Origin: Heptranchias perlo
Lineage: Eukaryota
Assembly (NCBI RefSeq): GCF_035084215.1
Contig: NW_027139559.1
Location: forward strand, 2,480,001 to 2,544,000
DNA length: 64,000 nt
Direction: 5' to 3'
The notes beneath the pieces are model-generated. The model was not told the origin of the DNA, made no database searches, and saw nothing but the letters and a program-made list of their open reading frames with translations. Every line of letters starts with the position of its first letter. Position 1 is the first letter of the stretch. Shown here in pieces: positions 38,180 through 50,684 of this stretch. A program made the position numbers and the translations under genes.

Positions 38180-39111
38180 CTAATGCTGGGAATTCTGCCG
38201 CTCTTGTCCTCGTTTAACTAATTTAAATATTAATTTGAGAGGATATTTCACCCCATTCTTCAGCTCCTCTCTGAATTTAGTCTGGGTCACTCCATAAATA
38301 CACGTGTTTGTGCAGCAGCTCAAAAGCAGGAGCATGTAGCTGGTTTGATCTGCGATAAATGTCGGGTCATTGATACCTGTGGAATAATAACGGTTTGTAA
38401 TTTGAACTGATAGGAAAAGTAAAACATACGTCATCCATAGCAGTATGAAATTGGCGGATATCGCAAACAGTAAGATGATGGATTTTCTTCGGTTCTCCAT
38501 CTCCGGATCATTGTGATTCGCATCACTTTTGCTGCCTCTAAGCCTCCTGCGGGCTCTACTTGCCGCCAAAATGTTTCCTACAGTCAGAGAATTGAGCAGC
38601 AATATCAGGAATATTGGAAGCAGTGGAGTGAAACAGCGGTGAATCCATGTAAATGCTACCCATGCAGCTGAAGTATAACAGTCTGGTTTTACACGATAGC
38701 CCCAAGGTACGTTCTCCAATATAATGGACGGTTCAAATGCAAAGTACCAGGGAATGTTTTTTAAACAGAAGAGCGGACACAACGTTCCTATAATCACGGC
38801 TGCAGTTTTCTCGGTGCAATATTTAGTCCTCAGCTTCTGGCAACAAATGGTTATAAAACGATCAAAAGTGAAAGCGACTGTTAACCAGACAGAAATGTCT
38901 GAGACAGCATGGTTAATGGTAATTTGGAAAGAGCACACAGGGGTGAGGAACAGGAAGTTAGTCGGGAAATATAACTCCTTGATCCGAAACAGTACCACGT
39001 CATTGATAATGACCAATAGATCCGCCGCTGCCATGGCCACCAGGTAGCGAGTGACACATTTCGAGAGACCGCACTTTCCTCGGGACAGGATTACAATCGT
39101 CATCACGTTAG
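38180..39111 (-). CDS. GPR139/GPR142-like orphan class A GPCR, exon 2 (TM1 end to C-terminus)
   Basis: Acceptor cccttttacag|CT AAC. The open frame has YLVAMAAADLL (TM2), C...SVWLTVAFTFDRF (TM3), CT...A (TM4), P.LP..LI..LN (TM5), F..LW (TM6) and SCCTNTCIY..TQTKFREEL (TM7/H8). Confidence 0.93.
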
Positions 39112-40052
39112 CTGTAAAAGGGAAACAGAAACAGTGAATCACGCAACAGCTTACAGCAAAAGAGCCAATTTCACACGACTTTGAGTGAAACATACAGCTT
39201 ATGAGAGTATATGAGAGTGCTGAGTAAATAATGACAAATAAATATTCCGATTAAAGAGGAAGGAATGAATTTACTCGGAACTGCACCCTCTCTGACGCCG
39301 TAACTTCGCCAGAGGAGCAGTGTTAACCCGGCGCAGCACCAAGGATTTTAAATGCCATTGATGAACATTAGCCAAAATAAAGCGAGATAATATGTTATAA
39401 ATAATTACAATCAGGAGTAATTCGGAAGAGTAAATGACATAATGGAAAGAAAAGATAAGAATTTAGACTGCAAATATGTAATAAATGGTCAACTATAAAT
39501 TGGTCGATAATTAATCAGTGCGGAGCAGTGAAAATGAAGCCAGCCTGACATGCGGTCAATACAAAATGGGGACCACCAAGGGTGAGCTCAACGGGCTGGG
39601 TTTGGACCCGTGAGCAGGAGAGGGGAGTGGACCAGGTGGTAGTCGGAAATAGTTCCCAGTTGACAGATTTTATTCTCAGACTGGACAACAGATTGCAGCA
39701 AATCTCTGCTGTCAAACACCATCATACAAGGGGAGTTGTTAGGTTTGAACTCGACCAAGTTGCAGCAATTTCGTTTTACAAACCCCCAGGTGAACCGTTC
39801 ACATGGTCAACATACTTTCCCTCGCTGCAAAACCCATGTCTTGTCAGAGACACCTTCAACAGTCCAACACCATCTGGGGAAACTCCAACAATGTCCGCAA
39901 GGAGCAAAGGGTGAGAAATGAGCAGCAACAGACAACTTTATCTTGCTCTATTATGCCTAAAAACAAATATACCTTCCAAGTACAGGATGCAACAAGGGAC
40001 ACAATTCGACCTCAAAGGGAAGTGATGGCAGCGATCCGGAGATCGCAGAATA

Positions 40053-40202
40053 GACCAGTGCAAGTGACAATAGAGACTGCAGTTCAACCCGGTGCCCGGA
40101 TTACATTATGGACCAGTGCAAGTGATAATAGAGTCTGTAGTTCAGCCCTGTCCCCGGATTACAGTATGGACCAGTGCAAGTGATAATAGTGTCTGTAGTT
40201 CT
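40053..40202. repeat. 58-bp tandem repeat, about 2.6 copies
   Basis: gaccagtgcaagtga starts at 40053, 40111 and 40169. Confidence 0.9.
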
Positions 40203-40309
40203 ACCAAGGGAAACAAAGTACCTGCCGAGATGCAACTTCAGAAAGATTGTTTGGGACAGTTATACCTCTGAATTGAATCCATCTGTAATATCACTCCGAC
40301 ACAAGAGCG

Positions 40310-43300
40310 TTATGAAGAAATTGTCTCCATGGTCTGGAATGAAGTAATTGAGGAAATTGCAGCTGCGTTCGTAAATAGTCTTCAAAATCTCATTATTCGG
40401 GAATTGTCCCGTTGGATTGGAAAATTACAATGGACTCTCCAATAATTGAGCAGGGTGGGTGATAGAAACCATATAACGATAGACCTGTCGCTCCAAAGTC
40501 TGTTGTGGGAAAATTACTACAATCTGTTATTGGGGAGTGAGTGACTGAGCATTTGGACAAATTTGAGCCACGTGCTAGTGAAGAGAAACACAGGGTAATT
40601 CGGCACCAACGCGTGGTGAAGACTCTGGTTTCGGGACTCAAGTTTTCGTTTCCTCAAACAGTGGCACTCCAACGTCATAGGTAGGACTAGGAAAGAGGTT
40701 CTGCTGAGGGAGTTTGAGCAGCTAGAGACTGAATTAAAAAGCAGAACTACAAAGGTGATAATCTCCGGATTATTACATGAGCCACGAGCAAATTAGCACA
40801 GAGTGAATCAGATCAGAGAGATGAATGCGTGGCCCAAAGTTTGGTGTGGGAGAAGTGGGTTCAGGTTCATGGAGCACTGGCACTAATAATGGGGAAAGAG
40901 GAAGCTGTTTCGTTGGGACGGGCTTCACCTGAACCATGCTGGGACCAATGTTCGGGCAAACTGAATAACTAGGGCGGTAGAGAAGAGTTTAAACTAAATA
41001 GAGTGGGGGAGGGCTCATAATACTATTCAAGGAGAGTCAACATGGTTTTATGAAGGGGAAATCGTGTCTGACAAATTTATTAGCGTTCTTCGAGGAAGTA
41101 ACGGGCAGGGTGGATAAAGGGCAAGCAATGGATGCAGTGTATTTGGATTTCCAAAATGCATTCAATAAGGTGCCATATAAAAGATTACTGCACAAGATAA
41201 GAGCTCGTGGTGTTGTAGGCAATATATTGGCATGGATAGAAGATTGGCTAACGAACAGAAAACAAAGAGTCGGGAGGAAAGGTTCATTTTGCAAATGTCA
41301 ATCTATAACTAGTGGGGTGCCGCAGGGCTCAGTGCTGGGGCCTCAGCTATTTGCAAAATATATCAATGACTTGGATGAAGGAACAGAGTGTCTTGTTGCC
41401 AAATTTGCTGATGATACAACGATGGGTGGAAAAGCAAGTTGCGATGCGAACACAAAGTGTCTGCAAAGGGATATTGACAGGTTAAGCGAATGGGCAAAAT
41501 TTGGCAGATGGAATAAAACGTGGAAAAGGTGAAGTCATTAACTTTGGGAGAAAAAGTAAAAAAGCAAAATATTATTTCAAAGGAGCAATACTACAAAATG
41601 CTGCGGTGCAGAGGGATCTGGATGTCCTCGTAAATTAAACACAAAAAATCAACATGCACGTGCAGCAGGTAGTCAGGAAGGCAAACGGAATATTGGCCTT
41701 TATTTCGAGGTGGATGGAGTATAAGAGCAGGGAGATCATGCTACACCTGTACAGAGTGCTGGTGAGATGACACCTGGAGCACTGCCTACAGTTCTGGTGC
41801 CCTTATTCAAGGAAGGACACACTTTGGACCAAAAAAGGATAGAACAGGGTACTTTAAAAATGGTAAAAAGTTAAAATCTGTGGATGTCCAAAGGGACTTA
41901 GGGGTTCAGGTACATAGATCATTGAAGTGTCGTGAACAGGTGCAGTAAATAATCATGAAGCCAAATGGAATGTTGGCCTTCATATCCAGAGGACTAGAGT
42001 ACAAGAGGGCAGAAGTTATGAGGCAGCTATACAAAACCCTGGTTAGACTGCACCTGGGGTACTGTGAGCAGTTCTGGGCACCGCACCTTTGGAAGGACAT
42101 ATTGGCCTTGGAGGGAGTGCAGCGTAGGTATACGAGAATGATACCCGGACTTCAAGGGTTAAGTTACGAGGAGAGATTACACAAATTGGGGTTGTATTCT
42201 CTAGAGTTTAGAAGGTTAAGGGATGATCTGATTGAAGTTAATAAGATATTAAGGGGAACAGATAGGGTGGATAGAGAGAAACTATTTCCACTGGTTGGGG
42301 ATTTTAGGAGCATGGGGCATAGTCTAAAAATTAGAGCCAGACCTTTCAGGAGCGAGATTGGTAAACATTTCTACACACAAAGGGTTGTAGAAGTTTGGAA
42401 CTCTATTCCGCAAACGGCAATTGATACTAGCTCAATTGCTAAACTTGGATCTGAGATAGATAGCTTTTTGGCAACCAAAGGTATTAAGGGATATGGGCTA
42501 TATGGAGTTGGATCACAGATCAGCCATCATCTTATCAAATTGCGGAGCAGGCACGAACGGCTGATTGGCCTACTCCTGTTCCTATGTTCCTATGTTCCCA
42601 TACTTACATTGGAGGCAGTTCAGAGAAGGTTCACTGGGTTGATTCGGGAGATGGAAGGCTTTACTTCTGAGGAAAGATTAAACAGGTTGGGGCTAAACTC
42701 ATTGGAGTTTAGAAGAATGAGAGGAGATCTTATTGAAACATACAAGATTCTGAGGGGACTCGATAGGGTAGATGCTGAGAGGATGTTACCCCTCATCTAG
42801 GGGGGGCATAGTCTCAGAATAAGGGGTCGCCCGTTTAAAACGGAAATGAGGAGGGATCTCTTCTCCCAGAGGGTCATGAATCTTTGAATGTTTTTACCCC
42901 AAAAAGCTGTGGAGGCTGAGTCATTGAATCCATTCAAGGCTGAGTCAGACACATTTTTGATCAGCAAGGGAGTAGGATATGGAGAAAAGGCGGGAAAGTG
43001 GAGTTGAGATAAAAATCAGATCAGCCATGATCTGATTGAATGGCGGAGCAGAGTCGTGGGGCCGAATGACCTGCTTCTGCTCCTATCTCTTATGGTCTTA
43101 CGGTCTTGTGGTCTTTTGCAATAGGGGGAGCCTTTACAAACCGGATGGCCTCTATCTGCACAACGGTGGTGGGAGGTGGTTGGGGTTAGAGATGTTGGCA
43201 GGCAAGATAGCTAGAATGATGGGGCAGGGTTTAAACTGGATGTGGGGGTGTTTGTGGTAAGTGCAAGAGAACACCAGTACCGATTGGAGCAACTTTTAAG

Positions 43301-43660
43301 TATACCAGTGAAAACACAAATCAAAGCTTAATGAGGCTAATTCCAATAGAGGGGGGTCAACAAAGTAAAACTGTTGATAAAGTAAATCGGAAAGCTAAAA
43401 ATCAGAAAGCTTAAAAAGCTGCGTTTGCATTAATGGAAGAAGTCCGATAAATAAGATGGGTGATCTGGAAGGTATTGCAGCGGTTCATAGATTGGAAATT
43501 AGTTTCATCACAGAGAAATGGTGGAATGATTCCAATCAATGGGATACCTATCTGGTCGGGTATAAATTGTTTAGACTAGACCGTGTCAGGAGAGAGGGCG
43601 ATGCTGTTGCAGTGTCTGTAAACTCCAGTATTGAGGCACAAGTCAGAGAGGATATATAAA
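40310..43660 (+). mobile_element. Nested CR1 fragments, including ORF1 esterase pieces (about 40570-41015 and 43110-43250) and a CR1 inserted into a CR1 (41825-42598)
   Basis: DGLHLN (ORF1 esterase), [23 protein letters not shown] and KFADD motifs. The insert is flanked by cacactt (41818) and catactt (42599). Confidence 0.88.
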
Positions 43661-44289
43661 AGGAAAATGCTCCTCTACATTTCCGAGTTGCTCAGCATTT
43701 AGAATATCTCCCGATTTATCTTTCTTAGGTCCAAAATGGATGACCTCACATTTGCCCACATTAAACTCCACCTTCCATAAATTTGCAGCGCGTTTCCCGC
43801 CGAATATCCTTCTCTGCTCAACCGACAAGTTCTGTGAGCGGAGCGTCGATAGATTAGCGCCACCCGGTGGGAGGGTATCGAACTGATCGCCAAGCCAGTT
43901 GAATCCCAGAAAGTACGTGCCGTGGACAAGGTGAAACCCGAACTCAGGCCAGCCAAGATGGCTTTCAAACTTCCACTATTACGGAGCTGCAGTCGTCGAA
44001 CTTTCAGTTGCTTACCTCACTGTGTAACGTCGTGTAATTATATTGAAACTGGTAAGAATATTGATCAATATGAGGCGGTCGTAATGGATGGTCAGAAAGG
44101 TCGGTGGCATATTCAATGGAATGGATTGTCCGAGGTCTCAGTGCGAGCACCCCATACCAATCCATGTGTACACAAATGGCCACCTGAATTGCCTGAGATG
44201 CAAAGATTGATTGATGTAGATGAAAGATTCAGTGCACCCTAACTGAGTCCTCTCCCCTTAACAACTTGAGCAGTCTTTAATGATTTACG

Positions 44290-47200
44290 AAGCCAGGGAT
44301 AAATCCGACAACTACAGGGCAGTCAGCCTAATGTCGGTGGTTGGGAAACTTTAAGAAACAACAATTTGGGAAAAAATAAATGGCAAATGGACAAATATGG
44401 ATTAATACATGAGAGCCAGCAGGGATTTGATAAAGGGAAATCGTGTTTGGCTAACTTGGATGATTATTTGATTAAGTAACGGAGAGGCGTGACGAAGGTC
44501 GTGCAGTTGATGTTGTGTATTTGGAATTTCAAAAGCTGTTTGATAAAGTATCACATAATAAACTTCTTAACAAAATTGAAGACCACGGGGTTCAAGGGGC
44601 GGTGGTTGCGTGGATACCAAATTGGCTAAGGATCTCATAGTTCCCTGCTGGTCCAATATCCCGAATATAAACATTTTAACGTGTTTTATAACTGCCTGCA
44701 CAATGTTCAACAGTAGGCCATAACTGTGCTTGGTGCACGAATGCAGCTCTGAATATAACACATCTCCACACTGGTTTCACCAACTCCTTGAGAACCAATA
44801 GTGTTTACAACGATCTACCTACTGTAGAGTTAGAACATAAGAAATAGGAGCAGGAGTAGGCCACATGGTTCCTCGAAACTGCTCCGTCATTCAATAAGAT
44901 CATGGCTGATCTTCGAACTCAACTCCACTTTCCAGCGCGATTCCAAGATCCCTTGATTGCCCTTGATTCCAAAAATCTGTCTTTCTCAGCCTTGAATGTA
45001 CTCAACAACTCTGCATCCACAACCCTCTGGGATAGAGAATTCCAAAGATCAGCTGCCGTCTGATTGAAGAAATTCCTCCTCATCTCAGTCTTAAATGGCG
45101 GTCCCCTTATTCTGTATCTATTCCCCCGAGTTCTAGACTCTCCAGCCAGGAGAAACATCCTCTCAGCATCTACCCTGTCAAGCGCCCTCAGAATATTATA
45201 TGTTTCAATGAGATCACCACTCATTCTTCTAATCTGCGGACAGTATAGGCCCATTCAACTCAATCTCTGCTCAGAGGAAAACCTCTCATCGCAGGAATCA
45301 ATCAAGTGAAACTTTTTGACAACGCCTCCAAGAATATCCTTCCTTAGCTATGGAGACCAAAACTGTACACATTGCTCCAGGTGAGGTCTCACTAAAGCCC
45401 AGTACAACAGCAGGAAGATGTCCTTACTCTTGTAGTGCAACCCCCTTGCAATACAGACCAACATGCTAATTGTTTGCTGTACCAACATACTTATTTTCGA
45501 GTTTGTTATCCGACGACATCCACATATCTGTGAACATCAACATTGAATAAATTCTTATCATATAAAAAATAATAATCTTTTTCTATTCTTCCCACCAAAG
45601 TGAGTAACCTCACATTTCCCTACATTACACTCCTTCTAACACATTCTTGCCCACTCACTTAACCTGTTTGTATCCCTTTGCAGACTTTTTGTATTCTCCT
45701 TACAGCTTACTTTCCCAACTAGCTTTGCATCATCAGCAGACTTGGATACATTACACTCGGTCCCTTCATCGAAGTCATTAATACAGATTGTAAATAGCTG
45801 AGGCCCAAACACCGATCCATTCGGCACCCACTAGTTACAGCCTGCCAACCTGTAAATGTCCCGTTCATTTCTGCACTCTGTTTTCTATCCGTTAACCAAT
45901 CCTCTATCCATAGAAACACAAACATAGAAACATAGAAAATATGAGCAAGAGTAGGCCATTCGGCCCTTCGGGCCTTCTCCGCCGTTCAAAATAATCATGG
46001 CTGATCGTCCAACTCAGTAAACTGTTCCCGCTTTTTTCCCCATATCCCGTGATCCCTTTAGAATTAAGAAATATATCTATCTACTTCGTGAATACATCTA
46101 ATGACTTAGCCTCCACTGCCTTGTGTGGTAGAGAATTCCACAGGTTCACTTCACTCTGAGTGAAGAAATTTCTCCTCATCTCGGTTCTAAATGGCATACC
46201 CCGTATCCTGAGACTGTGACCCCTGGTTCTGGACTCCCCAGCCATTGGGAAAATCCTCCCTGCATCAAGTCTTTCAAGTCCTGTTAGAATTTTATATGTT
46301 TCGATGAGATCACCTCTCATTCTTCTAAACTCTAGTGAATATAGGCCTAGTCGACCCAATCTCTCCTCATACGTCAGTCCTGCCATCCCAGGAATCAGTC
46401 TGGTAAACTGCGTTGCACTCCCTCCATGGCAAGGACATCCTTCCTCAGATAAGGAGACCAAAACTGCACACAATACTCTCGATGTGGTTTCCCCAAGTCC
46501 CTGTATAACAGCAGTAAGACTTCCCTGCTCCTGGACTTGAATCCTCCCAACAAACTACTCCCACCAGTGTTTTCTACTCCTTGTTATAACTTTCTTCCAC
46601 CCAAACTGATTCTACTTACTGTTCTTCTGAACCAAGATCCATTCTCTTCACTGTCCTCATGTCATCGTTTATTATCAGAGCTACACCCCTTGATTTGCCA
46701 CTCTGCTTGTCTTTTCGGAACGTCAATTCCCTGGGATATTTAATTCTGAACCTTGGTCACCTTGCAACCAATTCATTTTACTCCCCCGACTTTAATGGCC
46801 TCCTTTGCTACAGTGCCGTGGTGTGTTTGCCCATCTTCTCTGCAGTCTTTGCTCTCATCCGTACAGGTAGCAAGTACCTCGTACCTGTAGGACAAGGTCA
46901 AAGGCTGTGTCTCCTCCATCACTACATCCTGGATCGCCAGAACAGCCTGAATCGTAATCACACCCTCCTGTCTTTGGCCACTGAACGAAACTAAACTACA
47001 ACCTAATCTGAGGGGTGTGAATGCCTCCTCGATGAAAGTATCCAGTTAACCCCCCCCCCCCCACGGATGCATTGCAGTGTCTGCAGCTCGGACTTCAGCT
47101 AAACAACTTTGAGCTGAATCGCCTTGAACTGCAGACACTTCACCAATGATGTGGTTGCCTGGGATCTCTCTGATCTCCACAAACTCCCACATTCTGCTGT
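44290..47200. mobile_element. CR1 fragments (+ 44290-44630; - 44830-45910, 45910-46540, 46550-47200 including ORF1 remnants)
   Basis: RMRGDLIETYKIL and WNSLP motifs, CR1 tails, and ORF1-like 'PLTLSYRYEVLATC' and 'MWE......PGNHI'. Confidence 0.85.
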
Positions 47201-47795
47201 TCCTTTCATTTAGCAGAATTACATTGTAATACAACACTCGTAAGTTACCCTCAATCAGTGTTAATGTGGGTATTCACTGTCTGTCAGCAGATACTTACTT
47301 CCGTTTCCCAGCATACCTTCCACTAAACTGAAATTGAATTCAAAACCTTTCACTTTGTATTAAACCACAGTTACTATCTGTTATCGTTAAAGTCGAGGGA
47401 AATAATTAACCAGAGAAAGTCAGCTGGAGAACATTAGCCAGAGGTCCCTGTCGCTGCCTTAGATTAACTGGAGCAACTTCATAATCTGACAACATCACAC
47501 TGGGTGAATACTGCTCACATTCTCATTTAAAACCGCATCAACTTGAAAAGTTCAATGTATAAAGTAACAGGATATTAGTTGGAGATTAAAAACACATTAT
47601 AACATCAATTAACATATCACACAAGAAAGATGGAGGAAAGGGAGGTCGTGATATTCTCTGAATTTCTGACACTCACCCAAAATCAGGAGAAGAATCACTT
47701 CAGGACAAATACAGCAAATTACTAGACCCGCAAGAGCAGCAGTGACACAGTGAGACCCGGATTTATACGAACAGGAACCGGTTTCTATGATTTAC

Positions 47796-47895
47796 CAGGA
47801 ACTCGAAGGGCTTCAAGATTAACACAGGAAGTAATTTGTACCTGTAAAGGTTTCAGTTACTCTGGAAATGGACATACGGTGAATGTAACTCTCAT
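47796..47895 (-). pseudogene. Degenerate paralogous copy of GPCR exon 1 inside intron 1
   Basis: Exactly 100 nt and colinear with exon 1: ATG AGA GTT ACA TTC ... GTT CCT G|gtaaat encodes MRVTFTVCPFPE*LKPLQVQITSCVNLEALRVP, with an in-frame TAA at codon 13. Confidence 0.85.
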
Positions 47896-47934
47896 TTCAG
47901 AAATTATGGCTCATGGTCCTAGGTACGGGATATG

Positions 47935-48640
47935 AGTACATAGGAACAGGAGGAGGTCATTCAGCCCTTCGAGCCTGTTCCTCCATTGAATTAGATCATG
48001 GCGGATTTGTAACCGAACTCCATTTACCCACCTTCGCTCCATATCCACTGATATTCTAACCCAACAATGATCGATCGATCTTAGTGCTCATTTCTAGATT
48101 TCCAGAATCCTTGCTGTGAAAAGTGTTACCTTATTTCACTCAAAAATGGCCGAGCTCTAATATTAAATTTAATCTCTTCTTCAAGACCCCACCATAGGAA
48201 ATTGTTTCTCTGCATCTACCTGATCGAATCACTTTACCATTTTAAATATCGAGATCAGATCATCCTTCAAACATCTAAACTCACGGGATTTACAACTACG
48301 CTTATGCCACCCGGCTTCACAATTGACCGCTTTAAGCCCCGCTATTATTTTGGTGAATCTGTGCTGCATCCCTTCCAAGGCCATTATATCCTTCCTGAGA
48401 TTCTGTGCCCAAATCTAAGACGAGTGCTCCTGATGGTGTCTGACCAAGGCTCTGTACAACTGAAGTATCACTTCCACACTTTTCAATGAAACCCCCTGGC
48501 GATAAAAGACAACATTCCATTAACATCGACCCCTACTCTCAGTCTCCTATCTCACAACCAATTACCGACTCATGTCACAATTTAACTCCAATTCTAGACG
48601 TTCGCATTTTGCTAATGTTCTCTTGAGCCAAAACTATCAA
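47935..48640 (-). mobile_element. CR1 3' fragment
   Basis: Tail cataggaacaggaggagg and decayed ORF2 end. Confidence 0.8.
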
Positions 48641-48699
48641 AAACACGGAAATAATTGACATTGTAGCATAACTTGAGAATATGGAGTTAGGGGTAAATA

Positions 48700-49290
48700 A
48701 CATTTCACACGGTACTGAAGATATTCTCAAATACAATTACACGTTCAACGATGGTCACAGATTGGAGATTTTGTTGGACATTACAAGTACATTATGATCC
48801 CAATGAACATATCACACAAGGAAGGTGGAGGGAAAGGCAGATTTGATAGTCAATGAAATTCTGACATTGAGAGAGAAACAGTAACACAAATGCTTCAGAA
48901 CAAACAACAATTTATCGGACACATAACAAGAACATTGATTCATTTAAACCCTGATTCATAAAGTAAGTAATTGTTCTGAATCAAACATCAAACACCACCT
49001 GGAGAACTGGAACACGGCGAACGGATATACAATCAATTAAACTTTAATGTGTCTGAGAATTGATGGTGACTCTGGGTGCGGGACATCCAGCAACAACTGA
49101 CCATGTGAGTTGATACATTCAGGGAAAGCCTCATTAATACAGGCGCGAATCTTCCAGTGGGATTATTAGGCTGCATTGACACTGAGATTGGTGACAGTCA
49201 GTGGGACAGTCGGGCAACTCACTTCACTCTGTTCTTACTGAGTAACATCTTTAAATAGACTTTGCAGAGTTTTATAATGAAACAGCTGAA
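48700..49290 (-). pseudogene. Second degenerate promoter/exon-1/intron cassette of the GPCR (exon truncated)
   Basis: Colinear matches to 50225-50830: acacggcgaa, tgagaa.tgatggtga, tccagtgggat, gcattgaca, cttcact and aatgaaacagc. The segment 48763-48920 also matches 47571-47730. Confidence 0.75.
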
Positions 49291-49968
49291 ATATTGATGG
49301 TTTATTCCGATCACAGGTGGATGGAGGAAAAGTGATGAAGGGATATGGGAACAGGGTGGGTAAATGTGATCAGAACAATCTTCTAACTCTAAGGATTTGA
49401 GTGATATTAAAGGTGAATTTGTATCGAGCAGCGTTTTGACCGGGCGGACAGACTTGCTAAGAGTGCAGCAGGTGTATCAACCTGCACGTGAGTGATCCAA
49501 CCGATAAAAGTGTCCGGTTAATATAAAGGGGCCATAACCCGGCATCTAATCGATGCTATGGGTAAAATACAGGTGGTGGAGGCTAAAACGGGTTTCTCAA
49601 ATCGGGTCAAACCCAGGACAGTTTCACGGAGCGCCGCTCCGCGGTTTCAATCGCTCTCATACTGCATTGGATTCCCAATCTCACCTGTATCGTTGCAGAA
49701 AGGGGTGTGACAGAAACCAGCTGCCTCCCACCGGCAGAGGGCAGCAATATGCCTGCCCGTTGGTTGAAGAGGTGGCTGAGAACAGGCTGAGAACCGTTCA
49801 TGGGAGAAGATCAGGGGGAAAATCAGTGTTCGACGTGGAGCACAAACCCATCCTGGAAATGGATTGTGATCACCAGGAATAATATCAACACTTTGGTGGG
49901 AAAAGACCGAAAACAGTCGGAAAGTTCTGATTAATGGGATTGAACAAATACCAATCCTGATTGTTCGG

Positions 49969-50184
49969 ATATGTCCAGGTTGAGAACGGATATTAACGAG
50001 TGTCAGATCAGCGGAAGGAGGGGAGGAAAGGGAGTCTGTTATATGTCCAGGTATTGAACGGATATTAACGAGTGTTAGATCAGGGGAAGGAGGAGATGAG
50101 AGGGAATCTGTTATACGTCCAGTTATTGAACGTATATTACCGAGTGTTAGATCAGGGGATGGAGGAGAGGAGAGGGAGTCTTTT
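49969..50184. repeat. 72-bp tandem repeat, 3 copies
   Basis: ata(t/c)gtccag starts at 49969, 50041 and 50113. Confidence 0.92.
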
Positions 50185-50491
50185 GGGACCACGGGAAATA
50201 ACTTTAAATCTAAATATATCCACTGTATCATATTCTGCACGGATTCTCAGTTAAAAATACATCAATTTGAAAGTCATTTGATGATGAAAATAAGCTACAG
50301 CTTTTGATGGAGAATAACAATATCATTATAATGTCAATAGAATGATCAGTCAAGGAACACGATAGAGCGGGATTTCTGCCTTTGATTTAACTTGGAAATA
50401 ACACAGTGAAATAAGGACAGTTACCGAGATAAGAGTCGTAATACGGTTAAATCCTGAATCATACATTTAGGAAATGAATATAATAACTTAC

Positions 50492-50591
50492 CGGGGACTC
50501 CAATGGCTGCTATAATCGGATAGTAAATCATTACTGTCTGTACAATTGGCGGTAACACGGTAAATGGATACACGGCGAATGGAACTCTCAT
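50492..50591 (-). CDS. GPR139-like GPCR exon 1 (MRVPFAVYPFTVLPPIVQTVMIYYPIIAAIGVP)
   Basis: ATG at 50591 and donor CCC G|gtaagt. The 100-nt phase-1 exon joins exon 2 in frame (G|CT = Ala), giving YYP..A.IGVPAN and 343 aa across an 11.4-kb intron. Confidence 0.88.
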
Positions 50592-50678
50592 TCTGTTTGA
50601 GAAGTGATGGTGAATCTTGACGCTGGACACACGGCTCCAACTGACTTTGTGAGATGAGAGATTAAGAGAAAATCATTA

Positions 50679-50684
50679 TTTATA
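50679..50684 (-). promoter_or_regulatory. Candidate TATA box of the GPCR gene
   Basis: TATAAA on the minus strand, about 90 bp upstream of the exon 1 ATG. Confidence 0.5.

Noticed and set aside
39112-39193. N-terminal part (MFHSKSCE...) of ORF 38180-39193
   Set aside because: This is intronic read-through upstream of the acceptor. The real start is in exon 1 at 50591.
39700-39900. Possible second Penelope fragment ('FYKPP', 'PRCKT')
   Set aside because: Too degenerate to support without a profile search.
47746-47779. RSS-like CACAGTG...ACAGGAACC
   Set aside because: The spacer is 18 nt, not 12 or 22/23, and there is no V, D or J segment beside it. CACAGTG near 4862 and 50402 lacks a nonamer.
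49647-50240. 197-aa repetitive ORF
   Set aside because: It is a by-product of the 72-bp tandem repeat, with no homology evident.
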